This document shows, one piece after another, positions 39,402-52,500 of a stretch of DNA of 64,000 nucleotides; within the stretch, counting starts at the first letter, position 1, and each line of letters starts with the position of its first letter. A program made the translations under genes and the position numbers. Below the pieces are notes generated by a model that was not told where the DNA came from, made no database searches, and was given only the letters and a program-made list of their open reading frames with translations. The DNA comes from Phoronis australis (Eukaryota; Animalia; Phoronida), in NCBI GenBank assembly GCA_002633005.1, contig NMRA01000242.1:218741-282740 (forward strand), written 5' to 3'.

Positions 39402-41619
39402 GTAGGTGAATGATTAAGAGAGGCTTTTGTAGTACTACACTCACTGCAGATTCACCACATCACTGTCTAGGCAATTACATCACCCTGAATGCCGCAGGCA
39501 TACAGGGGCGATTGTGCATCCCCACAAAAAGTTACTCATTTCAAAATATAGCAAATGAAATCGAATGAAACGTGCATATAAGCACATAGAGTTATAATTA
39601 ACACATAATGTGACTCTGGATACAATTTAATCTACATAAATTGAACATATCCATGAAAATCTGTCTTGGTTCACTAGAGTTTCACTCACCGGGTGCCATT
39701 TTGAGGAAGTTACGTGAAATCACACCTGTTGATGAACAAAAAGTCCAAGGGACACAAATCTTACAAATTTCACCTGATATCATCCCATGCTTTTTTGCAA
39801 TTGTCACGCGTCAGGTCACGCGCTTCACTCAGCAGTATTCTCCAAGACTACTTTTAACGTCTCACAGCGTCCTGTTTGGCTGAATGCGCGTCCTGTTTAA
39901 AAATCCCGCGACCAGTTTAAAAATATAAAAAAGGCATCGTCGTCATTAATAAGGTCTTCACTGGTTCAAATCACGCTTGGCAGCAACTGGCCATAGCCCA
40001 CTGAAACTGAATAAGGCCATGCGATCAGTTGTGGACAGCCTAATCACCGGTCTTACTCAAGCGGCAGACCAGGCCACTAGTCTAATTATGGTGTAATGCG
40101 GCGTGTAAATAATCTCTCAATTATCTATTTAATTTATCTGGAACAACTAGTTATAGTCAGTTGAATTTAAACAAAGGCCCAGTGGTACCTATACGCCTAA
40201 TCCACTACCTGCTCACTGGAGGTGCAGTCCGGCACGAAAGTCGCTGATCGTTAGGCCTACGCTAGGCCTATTCGCTTCTGAAGTCCCCTTTTTGTGTTCG
40301 GCGGACAACTGATCATATTACCGATTAAAAATAATTAAGACTTGGTGGTTAGTTCTGCGAAGTATATGTTGTCAGCGAAGTATATGTTGTCAGCAAAGAC
40401 ACCGCTGCGCAGCAGTTTAGACTACGGCCGCCTTCTGGGAGGCCAAAATTTTGGTTTTCGTAACACATTTTTCCATATTGGGTGGGCCACACTACACAGA
40501 CTTTACCGCTACCAGTCTCAACAAACATTTGTATGCTTTTGATGGTTCTCATTGGTTGCTGTTTGTGCATTTCTCACATAGATGAATATTATTGGTTACT
40601 TTTGGTGCCACAGACCATTGAGATTGACTGAGTTCATCTCGTTGCCTTATAAAGAGTTTCGTAAGCAGCATGAACATTACACCTGTGGCGCATACTCCCT
40701 CTAAAAATCTGCCAAGCGTTCGCTAACTCAACTTCGGTGGCCATGCGTGACATTTGCGATTTCGAGGGAGTATTCCGAGATTTGGGACACTGAGTAAAGT
40801 TCAAAATATATGTCTCGCGCTGAGAAATTGTAGCCAAAATCACGTGCTCTCATTGAAGTCACATGGTAATATCTCGCGTAATCTCACAGTCTTGTTTACC
40901 TCGCGTGGTCCTTACATTAGTGAATTCTATTATGGCTTCCGTTACCGATTGACATGCGCATTCTACATACTTAGAAATGTCGTCTGCCACGGGAAGGCGA
41001 AGGACTGCTATAAGTCTAAGGATTATTTTTAAAAACCGAGAGATGTTTCAGATACTGACGTTGACTCAGATGCAGATGCGACAGATAATCCAGGACCGGA
41101 TGGTGGTGATATTGCCGGGCTCGGTCAACAAATCGCAAATATCCGTGTCACGAACGGTACGAACTGAATTTTTGTCGACACCGTCAGACATCAGCAATAC
41201 AAATGAATAAAAAGTTGAATAAACACAGTAATTTGGTTGCACTACTGTGCATTACTATTAAAATGCGTGGGTAAAAATAAGGTGCACACTAGCTTATGGA
41301 GAACGTTGACTGCCGCGCGGTTCCGGCACGTTGCAGTTTTTACGCGTGTGACCTGTTTAGATTTTCAGATGTGGAGAACATTGCTCAGTCTCACGCGTGT
41401 CCTTACCTAAGTCACATGACTCAGTTGAAATACTTTGTGGTTATTGCGCATGGTGAAAAAGTTAATGGTGACCAAAAAGGTGGAGTTGGAATTCTTTGCC
41501 AAAGTCACCTTAATTCTTATAGCTATGCTTCATTGAACTTGAAGATATGTGTAGAAGCAGAAAGGATTACTGGAGAAATTAAGCGCTTAAAGTGATACTA
41601 TTAGTTTTAAGTGTAGAAT

Positions 41620-42734
41620 TAGGGTGAGCAAACCAAAATTTCAAGTTTAACAAAATTACATGAAGAGGCATTCAAATGAAAGCCCTCATTGAGTATTATT
41701 TGCTGCTTTTTGAATTTTTAAAAATGGTTGAGGGGTTTTGATGCTACAGGCATTTTTGTCGCCCAAAAATAGGCCCTTTTTCTGGAATTCGGTGTTTAAA
41801 ATTCGGAATTGTGGTCAACCCAGAGTTTAAGCTTGAATTATTTTAACAATATAGTTTATAAACTGCTAAAAATGAGCTAACTTGTTCTTACTNNNNNNNN
41901 NNCGTCCATTTTGGGTGGTTGGTGAATTTTGAGCTCAAGGTCGAAATTAAACGTCCCGTGGAGTATGAAAATGCAGATGAAGTCCCTGAAAAGATTTGGA
42001 GATAGTATACTGAGTGTTTCTGGACCTGTTAATGTGAGTTTTGTTTGATAGGTTAAATTTTCACGCGCGTTAAAAATTTTTAAACGTTGATGTTCAGCAC
42101 GGCAAAATCACCGACACGCGGAAGTGACGTCACCAGCCAATATTTCAAAAGCGGTTTTAGATACACTCACATAACGCTTTTGCGCACGTCGGGGACATGT
42201 GACACTTGAATGCAGTTCAGTCCAATATTTTAAGGGGAGGTTGGCCTATAAAGAACCGGACGAAGAATTTTGAAAAAAAAATTTTAACTTGTATTTATTT
42301 TGCTCTAAAGTTGAAATTTAACAAAATTTTTATGTTTAAGGACGAAATTAAAAATTCTTCGTCCGGAAAGTGAAAATTTGACCTTTCTTTTATATAAAAA
42401 CATTTGATGCACCCCCCCAGCTGGTGAATCCAACATGCGCAAAGAGCTGAAAAATGCCTACTTGTCGGTGCCGCGGTTTCACGAGACTGGGATTCCTGAA
42501 CCTGGACCTTCATTCAAAGGTGGAATTTCACACTTTAGTGGGTAGAGAGGTCAGACTCATTTATTGTACGTTTAGAACGTTTATTGAGAATCTGTTACTT
42601 TACTTTTTGTAGCTTAAGAATGTGAAGTTTAACTAATAAAAATTTTTGAAAATGGAACTTGGTACATTGAAAACGACCCATCCAAAAACAAAATGGCCGA
42701 CTTCGACCGCCCTAATTATGGTTTGCTCACCCTA
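41620..42734. mobile_element. TAGGGTG-ended (hATm-like) non-autonomous element with 7-bp TSD (gtagaat)
   Basis: gtagaat|tagggtgagcaaacca ... tggtttgctcacccta|gtagaat; 10-N gap inside. Confidence 0.85.
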
Positions 42735-43533
42735 GTAGAATGTATTTTTGACGAGGTGAAAACTTTTAAGTGAGCAAATTTCACCAACTACCTGTTTAAA
42801 ATACACGAACAAAATTATTACAGAAAGCGGTGGACCTGCGTATTAAGTCACAACAGAAGTATTGTAGCTTCTAACAAGCCCAGAGAGGGGCTACCTGTTG
42901 TCTAATCACACTCACAGATCACCGACTGGCAGTAGCCATTTCTAATTCTAGACACAACTGGTCGGATTTATCGGTCGAGACCCAGGCAATCACTGGATAA
43001 CGGGCCCGTTATTCAGTGGATGAAACTGGTTCTCAAAATCCTGGACCGCTATATGACCAGTGCCGCTTCTAACAAAGTTACCACTCGTTACAATGAACGA
43101 AAGCAAGCAGTCTAAAACAACACTTCACAAAATTAAACTCACCAGAAATCGTAAATGGCGCCGGATACGTTATCCAAGCCGAACAGAGAAGTATTGCTTC
43201 TTTTGATTGGTGTTGAGTTTGCCTCGTTTCCAAGCAGGTCATCTTATTTGCAATTAGGGGTGGCCTTGTGCGTAAACTGTTGTTTTGTGTAGGAAAAAAC
43301 AATATATTTCAAGTATTATGCTTTTTAGAGAAAAATAAATAATATGTGTTGTTATTTATTTGTGAAAAATATCTTTTAGCTAAACACGAACCTTACTTGT
43401 GTAATGAGTGGGGAACAGCACCCTCTACAGTAGATGTTGTCGTTCACAATAGGCGAATGGGGATTTTGAGATGACAGCAGGTGAATGATAACAGAGAAAT
43501 GAACATGAAAATGTGGTTTGCCACTGCAGAGTG

Positions 43534-46500
43534 ATGGTTGATGCACACAAGTTTGCTGTGTCAAAAAGAATGAAGCTTTTGGCATTCATAGTGACTACTG
43601 TGCTTCTAGTTATAGGTAAGATTTTTTGTGCATTCCAACATTCACCTTATTATATTATATGGTCTTCCAGCTCCAAGTTCTATTGCCAAGCAGATGGCAA
43701 AAGTCATGGACTAGATAGACAATGACCATCGTCTCTACTGGCACCGCCAGAAGAGACGATGGAGCTCCTATAGGCGCTTCATACTGTTGTGTGCCGCCTT
43801 GACCATGTTACTTAATAGTATATTAGAGATATAGAAGACAGCTTACCTAACTGGATAAATCTTGACACAGTAACACCAATTAAATAGCTAGCGAGTCTCT
43901 GGAAATTCGTCTTAGCGAGTTCCAAGTACGCAGAACGAGTATTACTAAAACTTCTAGAATGGCTTACCTCTGTTCAGCTTCCCTCAGCCCACTATGAACT
44001 CTACAAACTACTGCACACAAGCTAATATATAGTTACACACGTATGAACACAGTGACTATTCCAAGTCAAACACGCACAGCAATAGCACGTCTGAACCCTC
44101 AGACTTCACGGCGGCAACTTCCTAACTCTGAACTGCTGCCCTACAGGAATTCTGAAAACACCCGGGATGTGACGTAACTTTCGCGTGATGTCACTACCAT
44201 AGATTCGCTGGAGCCCGGTTCACTACAATACAGCGGTAGCTTTTTGGTGAATTATGCCTCGCACTGACTAAAACATCAAACTCCGAGTCACGTTATAAAT
44301 ACTTTTTGGGCATAGGGAGACACCCTAGGAACAGTGCTGTAGTGGTAAAATTAGAGGTAAGTAGGCGCCCAAAGCCTACCGTATCACCTTGAGCACTTAA
44401 CGTAACTTGCAGAGAGTAGGCGCTAGGTTCAAATCCCAAAAGGTGGCTGCGCCTACGTGTGCATACACCCCACTACAGCACTGCTTAGGAGGTCATCGAT
44501 GTAGTTAATTCCTTCCAACTCGGAACATATACTCCTGTTATCAAACTTTTTCTTTGAGCACTGTCATCGTTCAGTTCCCAAAATCGGTAACTCGCCATTT
44601 TTAACACTGCGCCCGGCAGGTGGCATGACGTATGTATCCCCTAGCGTGCACAGTGTGAAAATGGTAGGTTATCGATTTTAGGAACTAAACGAGGGACTAC
44701 TCGAAAAAAGGTTTGATAACGAGAGTATTTGTTCGAGTTGGAAGAATTAAAGGAGGATGCCACCCGATTTTAATTAGTCTTTTTTTACCGTCTTAATCGG
44801 TCTGTATCCACATCGCCTCTTATACGGTCAACCTCACCTTGCCGAGAGGTGTCGTGTCAACCTGTGAGGAAGGTGAGAAACGACGCAGCGGCGTCAGTGG
44901 TTCGTCTGCAGAGTGAATGCCGCTGTATCGCGGTGCATCGTTCCCGCTTGTCCGAACTGCGAAGAAAGAGGGTATATCGTTTTTTCGACTTCCTCGAGAG
45001 CCCGAAATGCTTAGGAAGTGGCTCGCGGTAGTGAAGAATGAAAGGTACGCTGTTAATACCAAGTATGAGGCCGTGAAACACCTCCGTGTCTGTGGCCGGC
45101 ATTTTGTCGACAGTGATTTCTTTGACGAATTCCGGCTTACCAAAGAACTATCCATACGTTCCTTTGCCTATGCATGTTCACGGTGCCTCTAGTATTTCTT
45201 GATCAGTGTATTCCAGTTCGAACTGATAGCCTGTGAAACATAACAATCCGACCCGTGAAGTCTTCGTCAGATGAGCTCTTGACTAAGTCAGGATTGGCGC
45301 CGGGCGAGTTGCCATGTAGACGTTTATTATTCTGCGTTCTGTTTCAAAGTGAATTATTCTCATCCTAACCAATGCTTATATAAAACTGATACAGTCTGTC
45401 TTATTAGATACAATTTGTAATGCCTTTGCAGTATTCATGAGTGCAAATGTTGAGAAGCCAGCTATGAATAAACCACTACGTTACCGGCTTATGATGCTGG
45501 CATTAAAGGTAATTGACCGGGCACCGAGGCCGTGTGAGCACATTCTAATTCATTGTTTGCTGACAGAAAGCTGTTGTGGAACAATTGCTCAATTTTATAT
45601 GCTATGGTCACATGTTAGGGGAATCTTTATTTAGAAATACAAATACATTATTCAAATCATTGTTACTGTAAAACCTTTGCCCTGACGGTCTGTGGAAGGG
45701 GAACCCTACGTCGCGGCCCCCGACATGTGAGTAAGTTTTCAGTTTCGTGGCTAATTCACATAAATATTTACGTGCACATTATTTCTTTGGCTCACTATTA
45801 TAGCCTTTTTGTGACAAGAGGTTTAGTTTTCAACTCAAGCTGGTTTATGTTCGTGTCAGTCCTGGCAGCCGCGACGGGCCTGGTCGGATTCCAAGCCACT
45901 GGCCGGGATAACAAGCGTTTTGTGTGTTTAGAACTCAAAAAATCACAAGTCTAAACAACACAGATCTAAGTTCTCCTGTCTATATTTCACGGAAGAATAG
46001 ACCCTGCTACGGACCTTGGTAAATTGGCCTGCCGAACTTTGTAGGCTACGGTGTGTCCAAATACCAATAAATCCGTAACAGCGAAATAAAACAACACGTT
46101 TTTATAAGAGCTCGGGGTATTTTTAAGGGTTTTACATTAAAGTTTGATGATTTATTGGTGTTAAACGATGAATTCAAGCGATAAGCTGACACCAGTAATC
46201 CGTGTTGTGAACTGCTGAACAGACTGCGTGTGAAACCAATTACATCACTGGATAATTTTAACACCTCTGTCTGCCATCAGGTGTCAGGTAACGCAACTGA
46301 ATGTGCCGTTATCGAGTAGAACTACTCGATCTAAATTGATACAATATCGGTTGTTTTTTGGGTGGCATTCTCCGTTAAATACATCAACGGCCTCTTGGGG
46401 TTTCCCTCTATGTGCAAAAGGTAATTATAACAACGTCAGTGCGAGGCATAATTTGCCGAACGGCTTCCGGCGTATGAAGCGCGTATGCCACCACTAGTAG

Positions 46501-49500
46501 GACAGTGCAGCTCCTATAGGCGCTTCATACGCCGGAAGCTTTTCAGCAAATTATGCCTTGCACTGACGAAAACATCAAAGTCACATTGTTATAAATACCT
46601 TTCGCGCATAGAGGGACATCCTAGGAGACCATTGATGTATTTAATTCCTTCCAACTCGAACAAGTACTCCCGTTTTCAAACTTTTTTCTCAAGCAGTCCC
46701 TCGGTCAGTTCTTAAAATCTGTAACTCGCCATTTTAACACTGCACGCGGCAGGTGGTATGATGTCATATCCCCTGGCGTGCGCGGAGTAAAAATGACGAG
46801 TTATTGCTTTTGGGAACTGAACGAGGGACTGCTCAAAGAAAAAGTTTGATAACGGGAGTATTTGTTCGAGTGGGAAGGAATTAAATGCATCGATGGCCTC
46901 CTAAGGTGTCCCTCTATGTGCAAAAGGTATTTATAACAACGTGACTTTCATGTTTTAGTCAGTGAGAGGTATAATTTGACAAAAAGCTTATGGCGTATGA
47001 AGCGCCTATAGGAACTCCACAGTGCTACTGGCGGTGCTAGTAGGATGGTGGTTACTGTCTAAAGCTGCGTAAGCACTGTCGCACCATGGGGTAATTTGAG
47101 GAAACTCTGAAGAGTCTTAATAAATGTCAAATATAATTGCAACCAAGCTGCATTACCACTTAACGAAAAGATTGTTCATTCCCTTGAACATAGAAAATTA
47201 TATCCAACCTCTCTTGAATTCCCGTGACGCTCTGTCCGGTTTCCCTACCTGCATCTGAATTTCCCCGAGTTTGACCAGTGTTACTCTTCTTAAAATTAGA
47301 AGGCATTGAGGCCGAATTAGTCTCAGAGAGTCTCCTTGTTTGATTTCTCAAAACGTTTGCGAATATCAAATGTTATCAGCTGACACATCAACCTTCAGTA
47401 GCAGGTAAGCAAGTCTAGCTAGGTGGTTTTATCTGAAGAAGTGACACGAATCCAAACAGTACCTATCCCATAACCAATACACAATTTGTAGTTGAAGAAA
47501 GTTTAAATAAACACACCACTTATGATTCTGCCCCGAAGAACACAATGCCATTTTGAACTAACTGTAAATCCGGAAGTACAATTCATTCAGGAACCCAGGC
47601 AAAGAACGCTGTCTGTGCGACTAGAGAAGTGTCTGTTACCAGCCTGCAAACGGGGATTAAAAAATCAACAGTGGACCTTAACTTAAACAAAACCAAAATA
47701 AAGACAATTTGTATTGAAATTTTTGACAGGAATTTTTTTGCCAGACACGCACCTGCAGCCGTTGACCTGGTGTGCAGAGCGAAACCAGCACTAACGAAAG
47801 GCGAAGTCCTGTCTGTTTTATCAGAATAAATGGTTCAAATCATAAATGCCGCATACACTCAAAGATAGTTTCAGACACTTGCATGAAATTACGGACTAAG
47901 TCACAGTCTTGTGCCAAAGATTGAATAACAAGATGCGCGACTATGATGACTAGGCTAAGCTTGTTTTATGAGGTGTAATTAACTCTGGTAAATGAACAGT
48001 ATAAATGTAACAACGAACATGGAATAGCAGAATAATTGAATAATATTGCTATACAGTTAGAATATACTGATGATTAAAGTTGCGAAAACATCGACATTTA
48101 GATGGAAACTAAGATACCGGTGGTCTCCTGTGACCGACTTCCGTGGCTGATGGCCAACAATGAACGACAGAATACCATTTGGTAGCAAAATACCTTCAGA
48201 AAAAAAACTTATACCATGGTGCCAAATGGTATAATATAAGTATTAATGAGTTTCAAGTAAAAGGAATAATTCCCATTCAGCCAGAAGCATTCGTATAAGC
48301 TACTACCCGGCAGAGCCCGACCACCGGGCTTGCGCGGACATCAGTTCCGCAGTACAAGATGAACACATTAATTAGCTGCCAGAGCCTTGAAAGGGTGAAA
48401 TGCGTGTGACAAAGAGATAAAAAAATACTATCATACTCCTAACTCAGCAATATTTTCCATTGCCAACATTCAGCTCATTAACTACACTTCAATATACTCC
48501 CCCTCCTCGTTTACGGTGCGGAATTTTATATTTAGACAACAGATTTATGTAATGCAACTTTTTGTCACGTTTTAAAATATATTTATGTGATAATTTAAAA
48601 TCAAAGCCAATTTAGCAAGTGATTATATTTTTCCGGCGAAGGGTTACGACAACTGCAGGGTAATTACTTCACTGGTTACTGTGTCCGGGAAGCAAAATCA
48701 AGATGTGCGTTATTGCAACAGGTTTGTGGAGCTCACTGTTGTGAGATAAAACTTGTTTTTGTTTGATGAAACAACACTGTGTGTGGATGTTTTTTTTTCT
48801 ATTTTACATTTGTAGCAGCCAGTAAAGCTGGTGCCGATTTGCTTAGCCAAGTACGCAGAAATGCGCTCACATGTTTGGCTAGTCACTCCAGGCTAGCTGG
48901 TTCTTTGCATCAGTTTCACTAATTTGCGATAAAGATAAGATATTTGGTGATCTAGAAATTTTTTTTCCTCTGATTTATTACCTAAACAGCTACTGTGGAT
49001 GAAATTTGACGTACCCTCGCAGGGAGTCAGGGCTGACCTCAGTAGCTGAGTGTTGGCTGTGGGAGATGCGGCGACACTTCACTAACTTAAATAAACAACA
49101 AGAATGGATCAACTGAAATTTTCGGATGTAATAACTTCCTTTGTCAACAGAAACAGAAATAAAGTAAAATCAAACACTATATGACAATTGACATTTAAGA
49201 TATGGTGTAATGAATATGATACATTTTTGCGTAAAAAATTCAATGATATGCAAAGAAGATGTAAAATTAGTACAATAAATAATCAGGTATGTATGAAAAG
49301 AACCAAAATGAGAACCAAAAACAACCAAACAATGCATTTACCCTCACAATGATATCAATGTGTTTTCAAGCAAAACATGATCGTCATTCAGGAATCGTAC
49401 CTGAACTGAAACACAGGAACTCAGGTCACAGAACTAGATGGGAATAGTCAATGATTTTCTGATCTCAACCGAAGTGCAAAATTGTGCTCAAAAAGGCTTT

Positions 49501-52500
49501 TAGTTTGATAACAGAAAGAAGGTGAACATTATGCCGTGATGTTACATATTACTTAATTTGGTATATACTTTTAAGTTTTTGAACTAGATTGTCCTTTTGA
49601 TGTAAGGACTTTAAATTAATTTGCCCTCATTCACTGACACAAACTTGCAATGCAATTGCCTTGAATTTAGTACAGCTTTGTTACTGCTGTGAGTAAGAAG
49701 TGTTTGACTGAAAATACTTACGATAAGTTTGTGTCATGCAAACTTTGAAGGTACTGTGTTTGTTTTGCCTTGGTATTAAGATTTGAATTCAAAAGTTTTC
49801 AAACCAGGCAGCTGAATTAAGCACTCGACGCTATGAAAATCGCCAGGTCGCAAAAAAATCCCAGGTCACAATTTCAAAATCCAGATCACATTCATAAAAT
49901 CCAGATTGCAAAAAAAATCCTGATGTTTCTACACAGTAAAATGGATTTTTAGGTCATAGAGAAAATGTTTAGATTATGCTCTTATCTGCAGGATTAAATA
50001 CTACCAAATTTTAAGTTGCATAGTTTGGTTATTTTCCACATGTACCAGTGTACGGCGTTACCATTTTTCTCATTCGCTTCTGAAATGCTGTGGAAGCACA
50101 CGTTGCAATGTGAACCAAAGCCATGCCACCCGAGATTCCCTGAGTGAAACTCCCTCAGTTTGTTCGCAATCCATGTTTTGTAACGTAAAGAATTGAAGAA
50201 CATCCTGTCAAAAAAAATCCTCAATACGTTGCCCCAGTCGAATGACGCATTAATGCGCTGGAAGAATTCATTGTGAATTTCTCAAGAAAAATTTGTGACT
50301 TGTGCTATTTTCATCTTTAGTGATTAGGTTTACATGAAATGAAAAGCCTCGAAATAATTCCGACTTCGTGCGGCTTTCCATTGTCGGGTGACTCGAGTTT
50401 GCTCCCTTAGAACGGAAAATGCGACATATGCTTAAAAAATAAATCAGCCAATCTCAGCTCGCATTTCCAAATTGCCCGTTCCAAATGTGACCTGCAGCTT
50501 GTAGTGTTGAGCACTGGCATATGGTTAAATATATTCCATAACCAGTGGTTTGACTTGCAATCAATCTCAAAACATCAAAACCTGCATGTGTTGTATGTGG
50601 GCTGGCATCTCATTATAATACATTGTCAAAATGTTAATATATTTCACATGAAAATCAATGACAAATTTTAGCCAAATTATCAAGGTGTACATAATTATGC
50701 TAAAAATAATTGTTAAAATCATTTTTTTATTTCAAAGGTTGGAAATGATGTTAACATTACTAAAAGTTTTTTATGTCTATCTTTGGCTCAATGTACTCTA
50801 TTCTAAACTTGGAAAGGCAGCCTGGTTGTTTCTCTGGGACTCTTATGGAAATTTGTGTTAAGTTTGTAATAATGACTTTGTGAAGATAATGGTCATTATA
50901 CATAGGATGCATCAAATTTACCAAAAAAATGTAAAAATGAGAGATTAGAAGAGAATTTCTCTTGCATCCACGACATAACATAGTTTGCTCTAGGAGAGCA
51001 TTTTCATAATAAAAATTAATGCCTTTAAATACTGTTAATAGAAATGTGAAAGCCATGATTTATGAGGCGCTAAGTGCACACAGTTAGAGAAGTGGGCATT
51101 AAGTGCACACAGTTATGACATATTAATAACTAGAAGAGACTAACAGTGTAGTTCTGTGCTCATGAGGCAAATCATTGACTTTGTGCTGTTGGCAACTGCA
51201 CTTGGGAGAAGGGAATGCTGCAGGTTTTAGTGTACTCTGACACACGCTAGAGTGCACTTATGTGGTAGGCACTTATATGAGAAGCTGTTTTACATGAATA
51301 TAGTCATTGTATTGTGTAATTTACCATTAAAAGAAATTCTGTTTGTGGCATTTTGCTTTTGTGTTTTTTGTACCTATGTAACAGCATATCTTTCATTTTT
51401 TTCAAACATCCCCATAATATGTTTCTGTGCTGTATTCAAATGATAAGTGACATCACTTGCAACCTGCCAGTGCTTGCTATAGTCTCAGCTCTTAAGTGCA
51501 GTGAACCTTTCTAGACAGATGTCTCATCTTACAGGATGTACAAATTATAACCAGTTCAAAACACCCCTAAACATTCCTCTAAACAAAACACTAAATGTGT
51601 GTGTGTGTGTGCTATTGTTTGTTATAGAATAAACATTTGTAGTGCTTATAACTGTGATCACTGTTGCCCTTACCAAACTCTGGGTTTATTTCCATTCTCA
51701 GCTTGCCACGCAGCCCAACAGTTCATACAATGTAGACTTGGACTTTAAAGTGCCTGGGTCTGAATGCACTTTCATCTGAATTTTAAGGCTCATAAAGGAT
51801 TGTAGTTGCTAAGCTGTGATTAAATCAATCAGTTTCAGCAGAATCTTGCTTTATTACGGCGGGAAGATGGTCATATTCTCCTGCTCTTTACAGAAGGAGT
51901 CGGGTTCTCATCACTTGTGTGCATTCTCATATTACCTTACATAATCTCATTTGATCAAAGGTTTGTGGAAAAAACAATGAATGAGCAGCATGTGGCAAAC
52001 TCATTACATTTGCATTTTGTTTCCATTGGAAAATTTGAAGATATGCTGCCTAAAGAGATCTAAAAAGTGAGCTCACCCTACTGAACTACTGGGCGGTCAC
52101 TACATTTTAAACTCTAAGCCACTTACTATATTTCATTTCCTACAGTTGGCTAATGTTTTTCTTGAGTTTTTATCTTAAAGTCTGATGTGTATCTCCCAGC
52201 GCATTAATCAACCATTTGGGACAAGCATCCACATGTATTTAACATGTCAAACATTTTGTTTTTAAGCACCCATGCTGAGCTTAACTCCCACCCCCTGTTT
52301 TTCGAGTTCCCCAATTTGATCGTCTTTGGCGACTACCGGAAAATGGAAATTATAATCTAATGTAAGCATTGCTTGGTAAAAGTCTAGCTCTTTGTCTAAC
52401 AATGGGACTTCTCTGTCTGATCTACAATTGGCATTCCAACCGATATAATGACAACAGATTTTTATGTGCAGTACATGACAGCTATTAATTATAGGAAAGA

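Larger units (their letters stand above)
43716..47061. mobile_element. Long-TIR palindromic (foldback, Academ-like TAG termini) element, apparently two units, hosting three nested insertions
   Basis: Left tagacaatgaccatc...ctactggcaccgccag...ctcctataggcgcttcatac mirrors the right end at 46995-47061; 46500-47020 is itself a long imperfect palindrome centred ~46765. No TSD found. Confidence 0.7.

Noticed and set aside
40754-41595. Short ORFs between SMC4 and UXS1
   Set aside because: No domain signature or splice structure; likely non-coding or decayed repeat.
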